A stretch of DNA of 36,739 nt, taken from a virus. Its lineage: Duplodnaviria > Caudoviricetes. The notes under the pieces were generated by a model. That model was not told the origin of the DNA. It ran no database searches and was given only the letters and a program-made list of their open reading frames with translations. The translations under genes were made by a program, and so were the position numbers. The stretch lies in the IMG/VR virus record IMGVR_UViG_3300020171_000079; one strand, written 5' to 3'. Shown one piece after another: positions 24,071 to 34,606 of the stretch (positions are counted from its first letter, which is position 1; every line of letters begins with the position of its first letter).

Positions 24071-24644
24071 TTAATTTTATCCTTAGTTCGGCGAATCCGT
24101 TATAATAGTAATTTGTTCCGCCGTCGGCAGAAATCATCACGCCTGACTGATATGCGCCGCCGTCCGCTCCGTCAAGGTAGAGTTCTGTTATAGGCACGGT
24201 TACTGAATCATACCAATACGCCCAGTCTGTGGTGGCGTTGGTTCTGACTGTTCCGTCGTATGGGTTTCCATTCTGTCCGCTAAACCTTATTTTCCCCGAT
24301 ACTGTATTCGTGCCGTCGCCTTTTAATCCAATGACGCAATGGTATGCTGCTGACGCTACTTTTGTGCCGTCATTCCCGAAATAGTTCGGCGCTCTGCCGG
24401 AAACGGGCAAACGCAGTTGCCATGATGTAACACTTGAACTGCCCGACCCTTCTGCCGACCGCATTGTATTTGACTGAACTGTGCCTCCACCGTCAGCTGA
24501 TGAAGATACCCTTATCATATCGCCGTAGAGCAGTTTGATATAACTGTCCAATGATTCAGATGTCAGCTTAAGCGCTTTGATTGTGTCTTCAAGCGTTTCG
24601 ACTTTTGAGAAGTCAGGCAAGATGATATCTTTCGGAAGACGCAT
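24063..24644 (-). CDS. Tail-associated hypothetical protein
   Basis: ORF after the nozzle gene; helical N-terminus plus beta-rich C-terminus. Confidence 0.6.
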   Translation of the reverse strand: MRLPKDIILPDFSKVETLEDTIKALKLTSESLDSYIKLLYGDMIRVSSSADGGGTVQSNTMRSAEGSGSSSVTSWQLRLPVSGRAPNYFGNDGTKVASAAYHCVIGLKGDGTNTVSGKIRFSGQNGNPYDGTVRTNATTDWAYWYDSVTVPITELYLDGADGGAYQSGVMISADGGTNYYYNGFAELRIKLNA

Positions 24645-24645
24645 T

Positions 24646-26208
24646 CTATCTCTCCCCGCTCAAATTGAATTTCAGAATACAGCCCAGAAACCGGAAGTCG
24701 TTAGCGCCCGATACTTTTATCAGGAATGTCTTCCCGCGGTAATCTATCGGCAGGTCTTTTATAATTATTGCTTCATCTGCGGTCGCTTCAAGTGAAACAT
24801 CGCCGGCGTTCTGCCAGGCGGGCTGGCTGTCGCTTTTTACGTATACGGTGGCGGTCTGCCCTGCCGCGCCCTTTTTGAAATATAGCTGAATATGCAGTAG
24901 GCGCTTATTCATCACCAGCATTTGCTTATCGGCGAGGTCTGTCGTCAGCACAAAATATCCGCTGTAAGCCGCGCCGTTGTCAAGCACCGCCTCATGCAGG
25001 GCGTAAGTGTAGCCGGAATAGTCGGCGCCGAGGTCTATACCAAATCCGACCATTGCTTCGCGGGTGTCCCACTTATCCCAGGCCCAAGTGTCCCATGTGG
25101 CGAAAGGCAGGGTGTCCCATGAATATACGGCCTGCCGCGCGTAATTCCCGAAAGCCGATATTGCCATGTCCACCGTTCCCCACTTTCCTGTGGCATATGT
25201 CAGAACCTTGTTATTTGTGGTTGTTGCCGTGCCATAGGGTATTGCCCACCATAGCTGGTCGTATTCCGCTATGTATTGACCCCGTATTGTGCCGATATAG
25301 CTGGGATTGATGGTTTTTGCCTCTGTATCTATGGGAAGTGAGATTTCGCCCGCAGAAAGCCCTCTAAACGTGTAATTTGAGGCAAAGAAGTATAGTTCGC
25401 CCGAAGCGTCGTTTATTATGCTGTCCGGTGACTGACAGCCAACCTTGAGTGAAAGCGGGCTCATATTGAAGATATCGGTGCTTGCCACGAGCCACATTCG
25501 ATAATAGCTCCGCTCTTTGAAGATTATGAGGTTTCCCTGATATGCGCCGAAGCCTGTGATGAAGTCGCCCTTTCCTACTTCGGCGGATCCGGCGTCCCCT
25601 GTGTTCCAGTCGGTTTCATCTCCAAGGTCGCACCAACGCACCCTCTGCGGAAATACTGTTCCGTTCTCTGTGGTAAAGCCGAGGAATAAGTAATTTTCGT
25701 ATGTGAAAACATATTTTGCTTTTGTCAGATATGTCGCGGTCGCATATTCTATGCCGGAGGCGCTGTCGAGCGGGTCGAAGCTCGTGCTTATGCTCCAAAC
25801 CTGCACCTTGTCCACGTTGTTTGTGAGTATGACCTGATTGTTGAAGCTGACGGAGCTCCAATATTCGCAGTCGCTGGCGCAGGTGAAGACGTCGGCGGCG
25901 TCGTATATTTTGGTTGCCGGCACCCAGCGGTATACGTGTTTTTTTGTAAATACGAGCAGGTATTCCACTCCGGTGTCCTCCGTTATAAAGCGGTGGTAAT
26001 GGATTATGGGGTTGGCGTCCGGTGTTTGTGTTATATCTCCGCTTGTGTCAAGCAATTCCGGCAGTCTCATTTTCAGGCGGTGGATTTCCCCCCAGCGGAT
26101 TATCGTATTCTCGCTGTCCGTGGTGTATGCCTTTGACAGGAGGATAGACGGAATGTCCGTTCTATTTCCTGCGGTCGGCGACATTATACTAAAGTTGTGT
26201 GACTGCAT
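24646..26208 (-). CDS. Tail nozzle/DNA stabilization protein (P22 gp10/T7 gp12-like beta-propeller)
   Basis: QRVRWCDLGD..DW, LIIFKERS, VGCQSPDSI motifs; size and position. Confidence 0.75.
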   Translation of the reverse strand: MQSHNFSIMSPTAGNRTDIPSILLSKAYTTDSENTIIRWGEIHRLKMRLPELLDTSGDITQTPDANPIIHYHRFITEDTGVEYLLVFTKKHVYRWVPATKIYDAADVFTCASDCEYWSSVSFNNQVILTNNVDKVQVWSISTSFDPLDSASGIEYATATYLTKAKYVFTYENYLFLGFTTENGTVFPQRVRWCDLGDETDWNTGDAGSAEVGKGDFITGFGAYQGNLIIFKERSYYRMWLVASTDIFNMSPLSLKVGCQSPDSIINDASGELYFFASNYTFRGLSAGEISLPIDTEAKTINPSYIGTIRGQYIAEYDQLWWAIPYGTATTTNNKVLTYATGKWGTVDMAISAFGNYARQAVYSWDTLPFATWDTWAWDKWDTREAMVGFGIDLGADYSGYTYALHEAVLDNGAAYSGYFVLTTDLADKQMLVMNKRLLHIQLYFKKGAAGQTATVYVKSDSQPAWQNAGDVSLEATADEAIIIKDLPIDYRGKTFLIKVSGANDFRFLGCILKFNLSGER

Positions 26209-27080
26209 TATGCATTAACTCCAAACGCTATAAACGTATAGGTTATTCCATTACCGTTTGCGTAACCAGAAGTATTTAATGTAAAACCGTCGGCATCGAG
26301 AGATGTCACAATACCGGTTAAGTAGTGTGCATCGCCACCTGAAATTTTTGTATACGCCCCATCCTGATTGGTTTTAAAGACAATCGCGGCTCCGGCTCCC
26401 GAACTCTGATACCATATCACTAAAAATATCGGTTGAAACCCTATCGCGGTCGCTCCATCCGTAGTTGTGATAGAATGTGCGGAGCCGCCATCGCCTGTAT
26501 ATTTGCCAACCGCAATCCTCGCCGAACCGGCAGCAAGTTTGGACAATGCGATTGCCGCACCAGCCGCCACGCTTGCGTTGACCACTGCGTCGGAGGCGAG
26601 CTTATCTGCCGTAACTGCATTGGTCGCTAACTTTGTAGCAGAAATTCCAGCATTTTTAACATTCAGTTTCCCTGCCGTCTGTTCTATTGTGACATCGTCA
26701 ACAATAGCCGTTCCCGCTTTCTCAATATCCTTTGCCTCAATGTTCAGGCATTGCTTTGCGTTTACGGTGTCACGGACGGTCAGTTGCTTTATATAATTTC
26801 CCTCATCTTTGAAATGAAGTTCGGCGATACTTGACGCTTCCAGTGTGTAGAGAGCGCCTTTGTCAGTTCCGGGTACTGGCGCAGATGTCTGTTGTCGCAG
26901 GGTTACTTTCTTGTGTTCGCCTGTATCGGCGTTGTCAAAAGTCGTGCCGCTCGCCGGCATGTAATGGTCTACCGCTAATCGTTCCTGTATTGCCGCTTTA
27001 AGTTCGCGAATGCGATCATCTCCGGCTGACGGGTCGTCAGTGCCCGCAGGTTTTGATGTATCAAAAGTTGTGAATGCCAT
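26208..27080 (-). CDS. Tail fibre-like protein
   Basis: N-terminal P...D.PSAGDDRIR.LK anchor, ISATKLA/VTADKLA repeats, C-terminal GKYTGDG...IGFQP domain. Confidence 0.65.
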   Translation of the reverse strand: MAFTTFDTSKPAGTDDPSAGDDRIRELKAAIQERLAVDHYMPASGTTFDNADTGEHKKVTLRQQTSAPVPGTDKGALYTLEASSIAELHFKDEGNYIKQLTVRDTVNAKQCLNIEAKDIEKAGTAIVDDVTIEQTAGKLNVKNAGISATKLATNAVTADKLASDAVVNASVAAGAAIALSKLAAGSARIAVGKYTGDGGSAHSITTTDGATAIGFQPIFLVIWYQSSGAGAAIVFKTNQDGAYTKISGGDAHYLTGIVTSLDADGFTLNTSGYANGNGITYTFIAFGVNA

Positions 27081-27089
27081 AATTGCCTC

Positions 27090-27668
27090 CTATATATTGT
27101 TGCCCTTCAAAAAGAACATAGGTTCGTCAAGGGCGTCTTTCCGCTTCTGTATTTCAGCTTCGTATAATGTCATATGTGAAGACACGGCTGTCCAGTCCTC
27201 GTATTTCTCGCATATTTTTGCGAGTACTCCCTGATAAATGCACTCCCTGAACAGTTCGCCGAATTCTATGGTGTCCACGTCATTCGGGTGGAATATGGAA
27301 TAAAACATCGTCAGCGTATAAACTTTGTCGGGGTTCGGGTAGAGCCATATAAAATCATTCTTTATTGAGTATTCATTCGGTTCGCTTGTTCCCGTAACTT
27401 CCGCTATTTTCTTTTGAAAATTCTCAAATGTTATTTTGTCAAGTGGTGTGGCGTCGTCAGCTTTTATGACGGTCATATCCTTGAAGTCGGCAGGCACGGC
27501 GTAATAGTTTGTGCTTGCCGTGGTATCTGCGGTCGCTTCCTTATTTATGAAATTGGCGCGGGTACTTATATCATAGAGCACTGACCTTATTTCTTCGTCT
27601 ATGTCGGTTTCAGCCCTGTTAAGACGCGAATTTATTATTGCCAGAATTTCAGATTTTTCTATTGCCAT
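27090..27668 (-). CDS. Head-tail adaptor protein
   Basis: YAVPADF, EPNEYSI...IWLYPNPDKVYTL motifs typical of podovirus adaptors. Confidence 0.75.
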   Translation of the reverse strand: MAIEKSEILAIINSRLNRAETDIDEEIRSVLYDISTRANFINKEATADTTASTNYYAVPADFKDMTVIKADDATPLDKITFENFQKKIAEVTGTSEPNEYSIKNDFIWLYPNPDKVYTLTMFYSIFHPNDVDTIEFGELFRECIYQGVLAKICEKYEDWTAVSSHMTLYEAEIQKRKDALDEPMFFLKGNNI

Positions 27669-27737
27669 TGATTGTTACCTCCGTGGGGGAGGCCACCCAT
27701 TGCTTTTACACAAAGGGCAACCTCCCCGCACAATACT

Positions 27738-29162
27738 TTACTGGCTACCGTTCTTCCCGAGGATATACCAGTTTCCAGCAACACCTGCGGCCCCCGCGTC
27801 ATTGTATAGGACAACGAAGTCGTTATCCGCGTCAATGCCGTCGTAGGCCACACTCGCGCCGGCCAAATCTATCTGATCAGTTCCCGAAGGAATGACTGAA
27901 TAGATATTTGACCCGCCGGTGTTCTTAATCATCACACAGCCGTTGTCAATCGTGTTTGACGAATACGGTAATGTAAATGACGCAGGCAATGTCTTCGTGG
28001 AAATGTAGATTTTCCCCATATCCGTTGTGGTTATGGTTGAGGAATCAAACACTACCGCGATTGTCGCCAGTGAATGGAAACCAATCTGCCCGGTTCCGGC
28101 ACCCCAGTCGACACTGTCAGTGTCAATGGTGTTGTCGGCAATCACTTCGCCGTCAAGATTTCCGGTCGCATTCACGATTGTTATGTTACCGCTGCCGGCC
28201 TCAATAGTGGACGCTGTGTCTATAACCCCAGACGCCTCTACCGTTCCAACATCAATACCATAAGTCACCGTTGCGTCCCTGAACGTAGGGTCGCTCGCTG
28301 TCGTTAAATCCTGTCCGGTATTGTAGGCCAGTTGCGTGTCAGTTACGCTGTCGCTCACCAAGTCAGCTCCCGCTACAGAGCCGGCAGGGAAGTCAAGGCT
28401 TGTCACCACTGTTAAGGTGGCCGCGGTTACACCGAATGTCGCTGTCACATTTCTGTGGGTAACATCATCGGTGGTCTCGACGTCCTGGTTCATAGCGTAA
28501 ACTTCATTCGCACCTTGCCCTGTGTTGATCGTGGCCGCGTTACCCGCGCCTGTGAAGGTGAAGGTCGCTCCTGTTACGCCCCACGTCGCCGCAACATTTC
28601 TGAATGTTACTGCGTCAGTAGATTCCACGTCCTGGCTCATGGCGTAGAGCTCGTTTGCTCCCTGGCCTGTGTTTAGTGTTGCGGCCGCAAGTGTGCTTGA
28701 AAAAACACCTGTGGCGGCGCCCACCCCGTAGGTTGCCGTGACATCGGAGGCTGCAATAGTCCCCGATACAGTAATGGCTTCATCAACCACAATTGTCGTC
28801 CATGCTTTCGGAAAGACAATCCTGTGCTTTGTCACTGGCATACTTGACCATTTCATTGTTCTCGTTATTGTCGGCGTATCTACGACAATGACATTTATGG
28901 AAGTCTCCTTTGTGAAGAAGGAAACAAGTCCATTTGTCGTGAAGTAGATAGGATTGGTTTTTGTGCCAATCCCCTGCCCATCGGCTTTGATCGTAACTGA
29001 AGAATCAGAGGTGTTGTAAATATACGCATTCAAGCCCCCCGTTATGGGGTCGCCGTTCTCGTCCACCACAGTGAAGTTGTAATTCACATATGGTGCTCCG
29101 ACTGCAGCAAAGGCAGCGACAGACAATAAGAGAGTAATCACTAAGGCTTTAAAATAGCTCAT
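27738..29162 (-). CDS. Thr-rich repeat protein with signal peptide, immediately after the capsid gene (decoration/fibre-like)
   Basis: MSYFKALVITLLLSVAAFA leader; repeats T.NTGQGANE.YAM.QDVE.TD.VT.RNV; C-terminal FTLP...IKN.G...DQID domain. Confidence 0.65.
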   Translation of the reverse strand: MSYFKALVITLLLSVAAFAAVGAPYVNYNFTVVDENGDPITGGLNAYIYNTSDSSVTIKADGQGIGTKTNPIYFTTNGLVSFFTKETSINVIVVDTPTITRTMKWSSMPVTKHRIVFPKAWTTIVVDEAITVSGTIAASDVTATYGVGAATGVFSSTLAAATLNTGQGANELYAMSQDVESTDAVTFRNVAATWGVTGATFTFTGAGNAATINTGQGANEVYAMNQDVETTDDVTHRNVTATFGVTAATLTVVTSLDFPAGSVAGADLVSDSVTDTQLAYNTGQDLTTASDPTFRDATVTYGIDVGTVEASGVIDTASTIEAGSGNITIVNATGNLDGEVIADNTIDTDSVDWGAGTGQIGFHSLATIAVVFDSSTITTTDMGKIYISTKTLPASFTLPYSSNTIDNGCVMIKNTGGSNIYSVIPSGTDQIDLAGASVAYDGIDADNDFVVLYNDAGAAGVAGNWYILGKNGSQ

Positions 29163-29182
29163 AGTTTTATACCTCCCAGACC

Positions 29183-30244
29183 TTAGTCCTCTACGATTGC
29201 AGTGTCAACGGCTATGACTCCGAAGTCTTCGCTGTTGTACTCTGTTTTCTTTACGCCATAGATCATGTCCGTGGCTACGCCAGGCACTCTGCCGTACTGG
29301 AACATTTTCTCATACCACGCCAGATACTGCGCCCAGCCGATAACTCCGGCCTGTGCTCCGCAGAAAAGTGCGCGGGCTGTGGCAATACCACATACGTCGC
29401 CGGCTTCAAAAGATTCGCCCAAAGCTCTTGTGAGAATTCGGTCGTACTCATGAACAACGACGTTGTCCCATACTCCGTCAGCGCCATCGAAGATAGGATT
29501 CTTGCTCCCTCTCCAGTTGGCATTACGCTGCGCGTTCAGCCAGTCGGCGTCTGCCCGCAGAGATTTGTTCTGAAGCGGGCTGATGAGTATCACGTACATT
29601 TCTTTTCCGTCGACCATGACAGGTCTGATTTTCGGACTTGCGGCTTTCGCTTTTCTCTTGATGAGCGATATAACCTTCGTTCCGAACAAATGGTCGGTTG
29701 AGCTGGTTATAGCAGCGTCAGAGGCAAGGTTTGCTGTTACCACGCCCGCGGAAGTCTGCCCGCCGTACCACACACGGTTTGTGCTCGGGGCGTTGACGGC
29801 AATCGTTCCGGCGGCATTGGCAATGCCGGAAAGGGCGTAAACCATGTCTTCATCAAGAATTTCAGCAGCCCAGTCAGCGAGTGCGTCTTTGGCTTCCGCT
29901 TTGATGTTGTATGCAGTCCTCTGCAACGTCATCTTACCGGCGGCCTTAACGGCATTCATACGTAGGTCAACAACGACCTGATCGTCATAGAATACCATCG
30001 CCTCCTCGGCTGTCTCGATGTCGGAATCTCCTGTAACGCCGGCACCGGAGAGTTTCATCCGCAGACCGAAGGTGATTTTGTCGCCCTTCGCTTTGGTGAG
30101 TTCAGATTTTACCTGAAAAATGGATGAATCTTTCGTGCTTGAAAATTTGCTCAAATACATCTGCTTGAGCGCCTGCTTCATAAGAATCGCTGACCATTTT
30201 GTGATAGTCGCGGCATTCCCTGTCAAAAATTGTGTATCTGCCAT
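29183..30244 (-). CDS. Major capsid protein (N4-gp56/DUF4043-like)
   Basis: ELTKAKGDKITFGLRMKLSG, KIRPVMVDGKEMYVILISPLQ, NPIF.G..GVWDNVVVHE, DFGVIAVDT. Confidence 0.9.
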   Translation of the reverse strand: MADTQFLTGNAATITKWSAILMKQALKQMYLSKFSSTKDSSIFQVKSELTKAKGDKITFGLRMKLSGAGVTGDSDIETAEEAMVFYDDQVVVDLRMNAVKAAGKMTLQRTAYNIKAEAKDALADWAAEILDEDMVYALSGIANAAGTIAVNAPSTNRVWYGGQTSAGVVTANLASDAAITSSTDHLFGTKVISLIKRKAKAASPKIRPVMVDGKEMYVILISPLQNKSLRADADWLNAQRNANWRGSKNPIFDGADGVWDNVVVHEYDRILTRALGESFEAGDVCGIATARALFCGAQAGVIGWAQYLAWYEKMFQYGRVPGVATDMIYGVKKTEYNSEDFGVIAVDTAIVED

Positions 30245-30270
30245 TTTATTTACCTTTTTCCTTTATGAAA

Positions 30271-31038
30271 TCATTTGGCGTTGGCTTCGTCTTCGCGTAT
30301 GGATTTTTCAAGTTCAGAGGTGTCCATAGCCATTAATTCTGTTTGGCTTAAATCCTCTAAAGCTCCGCCGCTTTTAACTCCGCCTTTCGGTATAAAACCG
30401 CTGCCACCTGTTTTCATCTTCGCGAGAAGTTGTGAATTTGTGGAGTTGGCGACACGTTGAGCTATTTCGGGGTCGGTCAGTCCTATCTTATATGCTTCCT
30501 CGGCGGGGTTTTTAGAGTTGTTTATCACGGCCGCATAGCCGGGATTTTTAGCAACAATTCTTTTCCACCCTTCGAGTACTGACATAAAATCAAGTCCTTC
30601 TCCGACCTTTGCGACAGTAAACTTTTCTTTCGCAGCTTCCTCGGAATCCCGCATTTTACGGGTAAATTCCGCCTGACGCTGTTTCTTGTCATATTCCTCT
30701 GTCTGCTCACTTGCCTGTTTCAGAAGATTTTTTACGGCTCCGACGGTCAATAACTCATCGTCAGATTTTCCCTCCAGTGTTCCCCCGGAGTTCGGGTTTT
30801 TTTTGCCCGCAAGTTCTTCTGATAACATTCCATTCTCCTCCCTTAAACGCGCGAGTTCTTCGTCTGCTGAATGGCGAGCATTACGCTCTTTCTGATTATC
30901 AGCGATGAGGCCTTTGAACCTTTCATCGTCCTCTACTCTATAACCAGTTTCCGCCAGCTTTTCAAAAAGCTCTTTTCTCACATCTTCGGGTGTTCTTCCC
31001 TTCCCATCATCTTTTAATCCATCTGTTCCATCAGCCAT
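30271..31038 (-). CDS. Capsid scaffolding protein
   Basis: Acidic coiled-coil protein between portal and capsid; NSKNPAEEAYKIG motif. Confidence 0.75.
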   Translation of the reverse strand: MADGTDGLKDDGKGRTPEDVRKELFEKLAETGYRVEDDERFKGLIADNQKERNARHSADEELARLREENGMLSEELAGKKNPNSGGTLEGKSDDELLTVGAVKNLLKQASEQTEEYDKKQRQAEFTRKMRDSEEAAKEKFTVAKVGEGLDFMSVLEGWKRIVAKNPGYAAVINNSKNPAEEAYKIGLTDPEIAQRVANSTNSQLLAKMKTGGSGFIPKGGVKSGGALEDLSQTELMAMDTSELEKSIREDEANAK

Positions 31039-31095
31039 TTCGGCCTCCTTCCTTGCTTTGGGTGCAAGTTACCCTACCATGCTTTAGCATGTTCA

Positions 31096-32916
31096 TCAAG
31101 CCCCCGGAGATTGTCCGCCCGGTTGCGGGCCACCCTGATTCTGCGCTTGGGCGGCTTTGGCGTTCATAGCGTTTGCCTGCGATTGGATTTTGATATCCTC
31201 GCGCTGTTTTTCTTCCTGCTGTTGCTGTTGTATTCTTGCTATGATTTCTTTCTTATTCGGTATATCGCTCATTTCAAGCAACACGTCCATTGGTATTGGC
31301 ATGCCGGCCTTGGCCGCTTCCAAGAGCATTGAGAAGTTCGACAATCTTGTGGTCGGCGAGTGCTGGCTCTGCGATACCTTAATGCCATATTTCCCCGCGG
31401 CTCTGTGCTTGAGCAATTCTATATCAAATTCCGGCACTCCGGCATTGATTGCGATATCTTTTATTTCGATATCCGTTAATGACCCGCTTTTCCTTATAAA
31501 GTCTACGAGCGTTTCATTAAACATCTGCTGGGTATAGCGGAAATTGTCGAATATGATTTCCGAAACCAGAGCACCCTGCGCTTTGCGTTCCTGCATGGCT
31601 ATGCCGGAATCCGATCGTGATGTATCTTCCGCGCGCAAGTCGGCATTGACGCCGGATATAATTTTGATGTTGGCGGCGCCGTATTGTGAGGCCGCAAGAT
31701 GTCCGGACGATAGTGTCGTAGGCACGATACGCTCCGGCTTTTTGTTGAGCTTGTAATGGATGTTGGCTCCGGGCTTTGACGCGAAGGCTGCTACTTCCTC
31801 TTTGGTTTCTACTTCCCAGCCTTCGGGGCCGATAAAGCCGGAGTTCGCGGAATGGTTGAGGTGGTGCAGAAGCTGTGAATACCGCTTATTGAGCTCGCGC
31901 TGCGGATCCTTTAGGTTGTCAACAGCCCCCAGGGGGTCGCCATCTATCCAATACGGGCAAAATCTCTTTATAGGATAGGCGCTTATTTCTTCGCCGTAGG
32001 GGTTATCTTCGTGTTCGAGCTCGAGTTCGCCGACCATTGTGGTTCTATGAAGTATCGGTATAATCCTTTCCTGAATAGTCCAGCCGGAGCCGAGTTTCGA
32101 TTTCATAATCGCCGCCACCTCGTCCATTCTGCTTTTATTTATGAGCTGGACTTCAAGCGACGCTTTGTTGATTAGGAAACTTCGGCGCTCATAGGTGCGC
32201 CAGAAGTATTTTCGGATTTTGTATCGTATTTTATTGGGGTTTTTTGTTTCGTCGTCCGTAGCGTCCTGATAGGTGTCGGTTTCGAAGGATATCGTCTGCA
32301 CGTCGTCAGGTTCGCTCTGCGCTATGGCGTCAAGCCCGATGTTAAGTTCTTTGACTTTCGGGTATGCGAGCCGGATAGCCTCTTTGTCCCACCAGAAGGT
32401 ACGGATTATGTATTTGCTGGTATTGAGGTCATAGTTCTCACAGTTAGGGTCTTCAATTATACTGAACGGGGAGTATCTCTCCATTACTATTTCACCGTTT
32501 ACCGGCTCGTCGTCGTAGGTTATGTCAAGGCCGAGCCAACCCTTGGCGGTTACGAGGCCGTCAAAGAAGGCCATTGAGGTGAGGTATTCGCCGTTTGATT
32601 CGTCGGTGACGTTCTTTGCGGCCGCGGTGAGCACATCGGCGAGCTCTTTCATTCCACCTTTCTTGGGGAATACTTTTATGTCCTGTTTGTTCTGGCGTTG
32701 TATGCCTGAAATAAGATTAACTGTGGGGAATATATGGTTGAATGTTAGGTGAGGTCGGTGTTCGGCGTCGAGGATATCCACATCTGTTTTTTCCCATTGA
32801 ATTCCCTTATAAAAGGATTTGTTTTCTTTGGCCTTTGTGCGCCATCCGTCATTTCCTTCTTTGCCCTCTTTCCAAAATGACTTTAACTGTCGCTGTCTGG
32901 TGTCGTAGGTGCTCAT
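31096..32916 (-). CDS. Portal protein (P22-like)
   Basis: FYKGIQW...RPHLTFNHIFPTVNLISG, LKDPQRELNKRYSQ, SDSGIAMQERKAQG; Q-rich barrel C-terminus. Confidence 0.9.
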   Translation of the reverse strand: MSTYDTRQRQLKSFWKEGKEGNDGWRTKAKENKSFYKGIQWEKTDVDILDAEHRPHLTFNHIFPTVNLISGIQRQNKQDIKVFPKKGGMKELADVLTAAAKNVTDESNGEYLTSMAFFDGLVTAKGWLGLDITYDDEPVNGEIVMERYSPFSIIEDPNCENYDLNTSKYIIRTFWWDKEAIRLAYPKVKELNIGLDAIAQSEPDDVQTISFETDTYQDATDDETKNPNKIRYKIRKYFWRTYERRSFLINKASLEVQLINKSRMDEVAAIMKSKLGSGWTIQERIIPILHRTTMVGELELEHEDNPYGEEISAYPIKRFCPYWIDGDPLGAVDNLKDPQRELNKRYSQLLHHLNHSANSGFIGPEGWEVETKEEVAAFASKPGANIHYKLNKKPERIVPTTLSSGHLAASQYGAANIKIISGVNADLRAEDTSRSDSGIAMQERKAQGALVSEIIFDNFRYTQQMFNETLVDFIRKSGSLTDIEIKDIAINAGVPEFDIELLKHRAAGKYGIKVSQSQHSPTTRLSNFSMLLEAAKAGMPIPMDVLLEMSDIPNKKEIIARIQQQQQEEKQREDIKIQSQANAMNAKAAQAQNQGGPQPGGQSPGA

Positions 32917-32995
32917 ATTTTATCACACTTCACTGGTTCATACCGCATATAACCCCCTTACTTTATAGAATAGTATTAAATACTATTCTTGTTTT

Positions 32996-33024
32996 TCTTT
33001 AACATATGCGATAAAACTTGTCAA
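32996..33024 (-). promoter_or_regulatory. sigma70-like promoter upstream of portal (TTGACA-N17-TAAAGA with TG extension)
   Basis: Perfect -35, 17-nt spacer, AT-rich intergenic region. Confidence 0.5.
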
Positions 33025-33075
33025 TAGGGAAAAATATAGCGCAGTGAATTTCGGGGAAAATTTAGAGTAAAGTAC

Positions 33076-33103
33076 TTGACAAGCTTTCGGAAAATGCTAC
33101 ACT
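33076..33103 (+). promoter_or_regulatory. sigma70-like promoter antisense to terL (TTGACA-N16-TACACT with TG extension)
   Basis: Shares AAAGTACTTGACA with the terS promoter. Confidence 0.45.
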
Positions 33104-33157
33104 GTTTATAGGTCGGTGGTTATTACGGGCACGACTTATTTATTTACTTATTATAAT

Positions 33158-34606
33158 CTAACAGGCCATCGCAGAGCCGTGGTTATCCGGCCCCCACTTT
33201 TTCTTCCATTCTTTATATTTTTTGTCGCTCTTTACATGGTTGTCCGGTTTTACATACTGGCGGGCGAATAGTCCCATGACATAAGTGTCCCCACGATCGG
33301 GGGAACGGCCTAATTTGGTGCGCAAAGCGTCCTTCGGCTCTATAAGTATGCGGCCGGAGCGCATTGTCTGTTTAACGGTGGTTAATTGCTCTCGCAGGAT
33401 GTCGTCCTTCCATGTCAGGAATATGTCACCCATTGAGAAGGCCTCTCCGGCCTCAATCCATATTTGGGCGCGGAGGTTATAATAAATATCGGGGACGCCG
33501 TGGGGCTTACCGTGCCGGCTGTCAATATCTATGACAACCCGCCCCATATCGGCAAGGGCCGCGTTTACTCCTGTGCCAATTCCGATACAGTCGCCGGCGT
33601 AGGTGTTGACTTCGTGCTTTTCCATGAATATATTTATCATTCCCGCGGTAACCATCGGATTTTTCTTTTGGAATATAAGGGCGTCTTTTATGTCGGTGTC
33701 TTCCATATAATAGAATACGGATTCATCTCCGCCATCGGCAGGGTCGCCCACTACAAAGCGCCGGACGCCTTCTGTCTGTGTTATTGAATGCTTGTATGCG
33801 TTCTCAAAGTCCGATATTGAAATAATGGAATCCACATCTTCGGTGGGTATTTCTCCAAGGACGCGGGCTTTATATACGTTTGAATCTCTGCCGAATTTAT
33901 TTGCTATTTCCATCTCAAATTCCTGACCCGACAGTCCGGGGATTATTTCTTTTCCGGCCTTAAAGTTCGGGGTGTCCATGACGGATATCGTTATTTTGTT
34001 AAATTTGGCGTCTTTGAAGCACTCCACGAATTCTCCGTCGCATGATGTTGGGTTGCCTACCGCGAGGAAATGGCAGTTTCCGGCTGTCATAAGGCCGTTT
34101 GAGGCTCCCCATATGGGGGATAGTATTCCGGCGGCTTCGTCAAAGATGATGAGTATATTTTCGTTATGGAAGCCCTGGAAGCGCGTGGCCTGCTGCGTCA
34201 CCGTATCGCTCTTTGTCGCAAAGCCATAGGCGAACCATTTTTCCGCGAGCTCGAGCTTTGTTTTCGTCATGTGGCCGCCGAGCGGTATTTTGGCGTTTGT
34301 GTGGGCGTCGCGGATTTCGCGCCATAGCACTTCCTCTACCTGCGGTTGACTGGGCGCAGTGGTTATAACGGTGGCCTTGGGGCCGAAACAATATAAGAAC
34401 CATAAGGCGAGGCGTGAGGCGAGATAAGTTTTACTGACGGAATGGCCGGCCTTTACTGCCGTGTATTTGTTGTTTAAGACGGATCTGGCGGTTTCTCGCA
34501 TTTTGTCCCAGACGTATTCTTCCTCAACGTCAAGGACGTCGATTAAAAATCTTATGGGGTCTTTTTTATACTTGTTTATAATCCAGGATGAATCATTTAT
34601 TTCCAT
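33158..34606 (-). CDS. terL: Terminase large subunit
   Basis: KAGHSVSKT Walker A variant, FQGFH...IIFDEAAG Walker B, VGNPT, GDPADGGDES nuclease start, GRSPDRGD. Confidence 0.93.
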   Translation of the reverse strand: MEINDSSWIINKYKKDPIRFLIDVLDVEEEYVWDKMRETARSVLNNKYTAVKAGHSVSKTYLASRLALWFLYCFGPKATVITTAPSQPQVEEVLWREIRDAHTNAKIPLGGHMTKTKLELAEKWFAYGFATKSDTVTQQATRFQGFHNENILIIFDEAAGILSPIWGASNGLMTAGNCHFLAVGNPTSCDGEFVECFKDAKFNKITISVMDTPNFKAGKEIIPGLSGQEFEMEIANKFGRDSNVYKARVLGEIPTEDVDSIISISDFENAYKHSITQTEGVRRFVVGDPADGGDESVFYYMEDTDIKDALIFQKKNPMVTAGMINIFMEKHEVNTYAGDCIGIGTGVNAALADMGRVVIDIDSRHGKPHGVPDIYYNLRAQIWIEAGEAFSMGDIFLTWKDDILREQLTTVKQTMRSGRILIEPKDALRTKLGRSPDRGDTYVMGLFARQYVKPDNHVKSDKKYKEWKKKWGPDNHGSAMAC

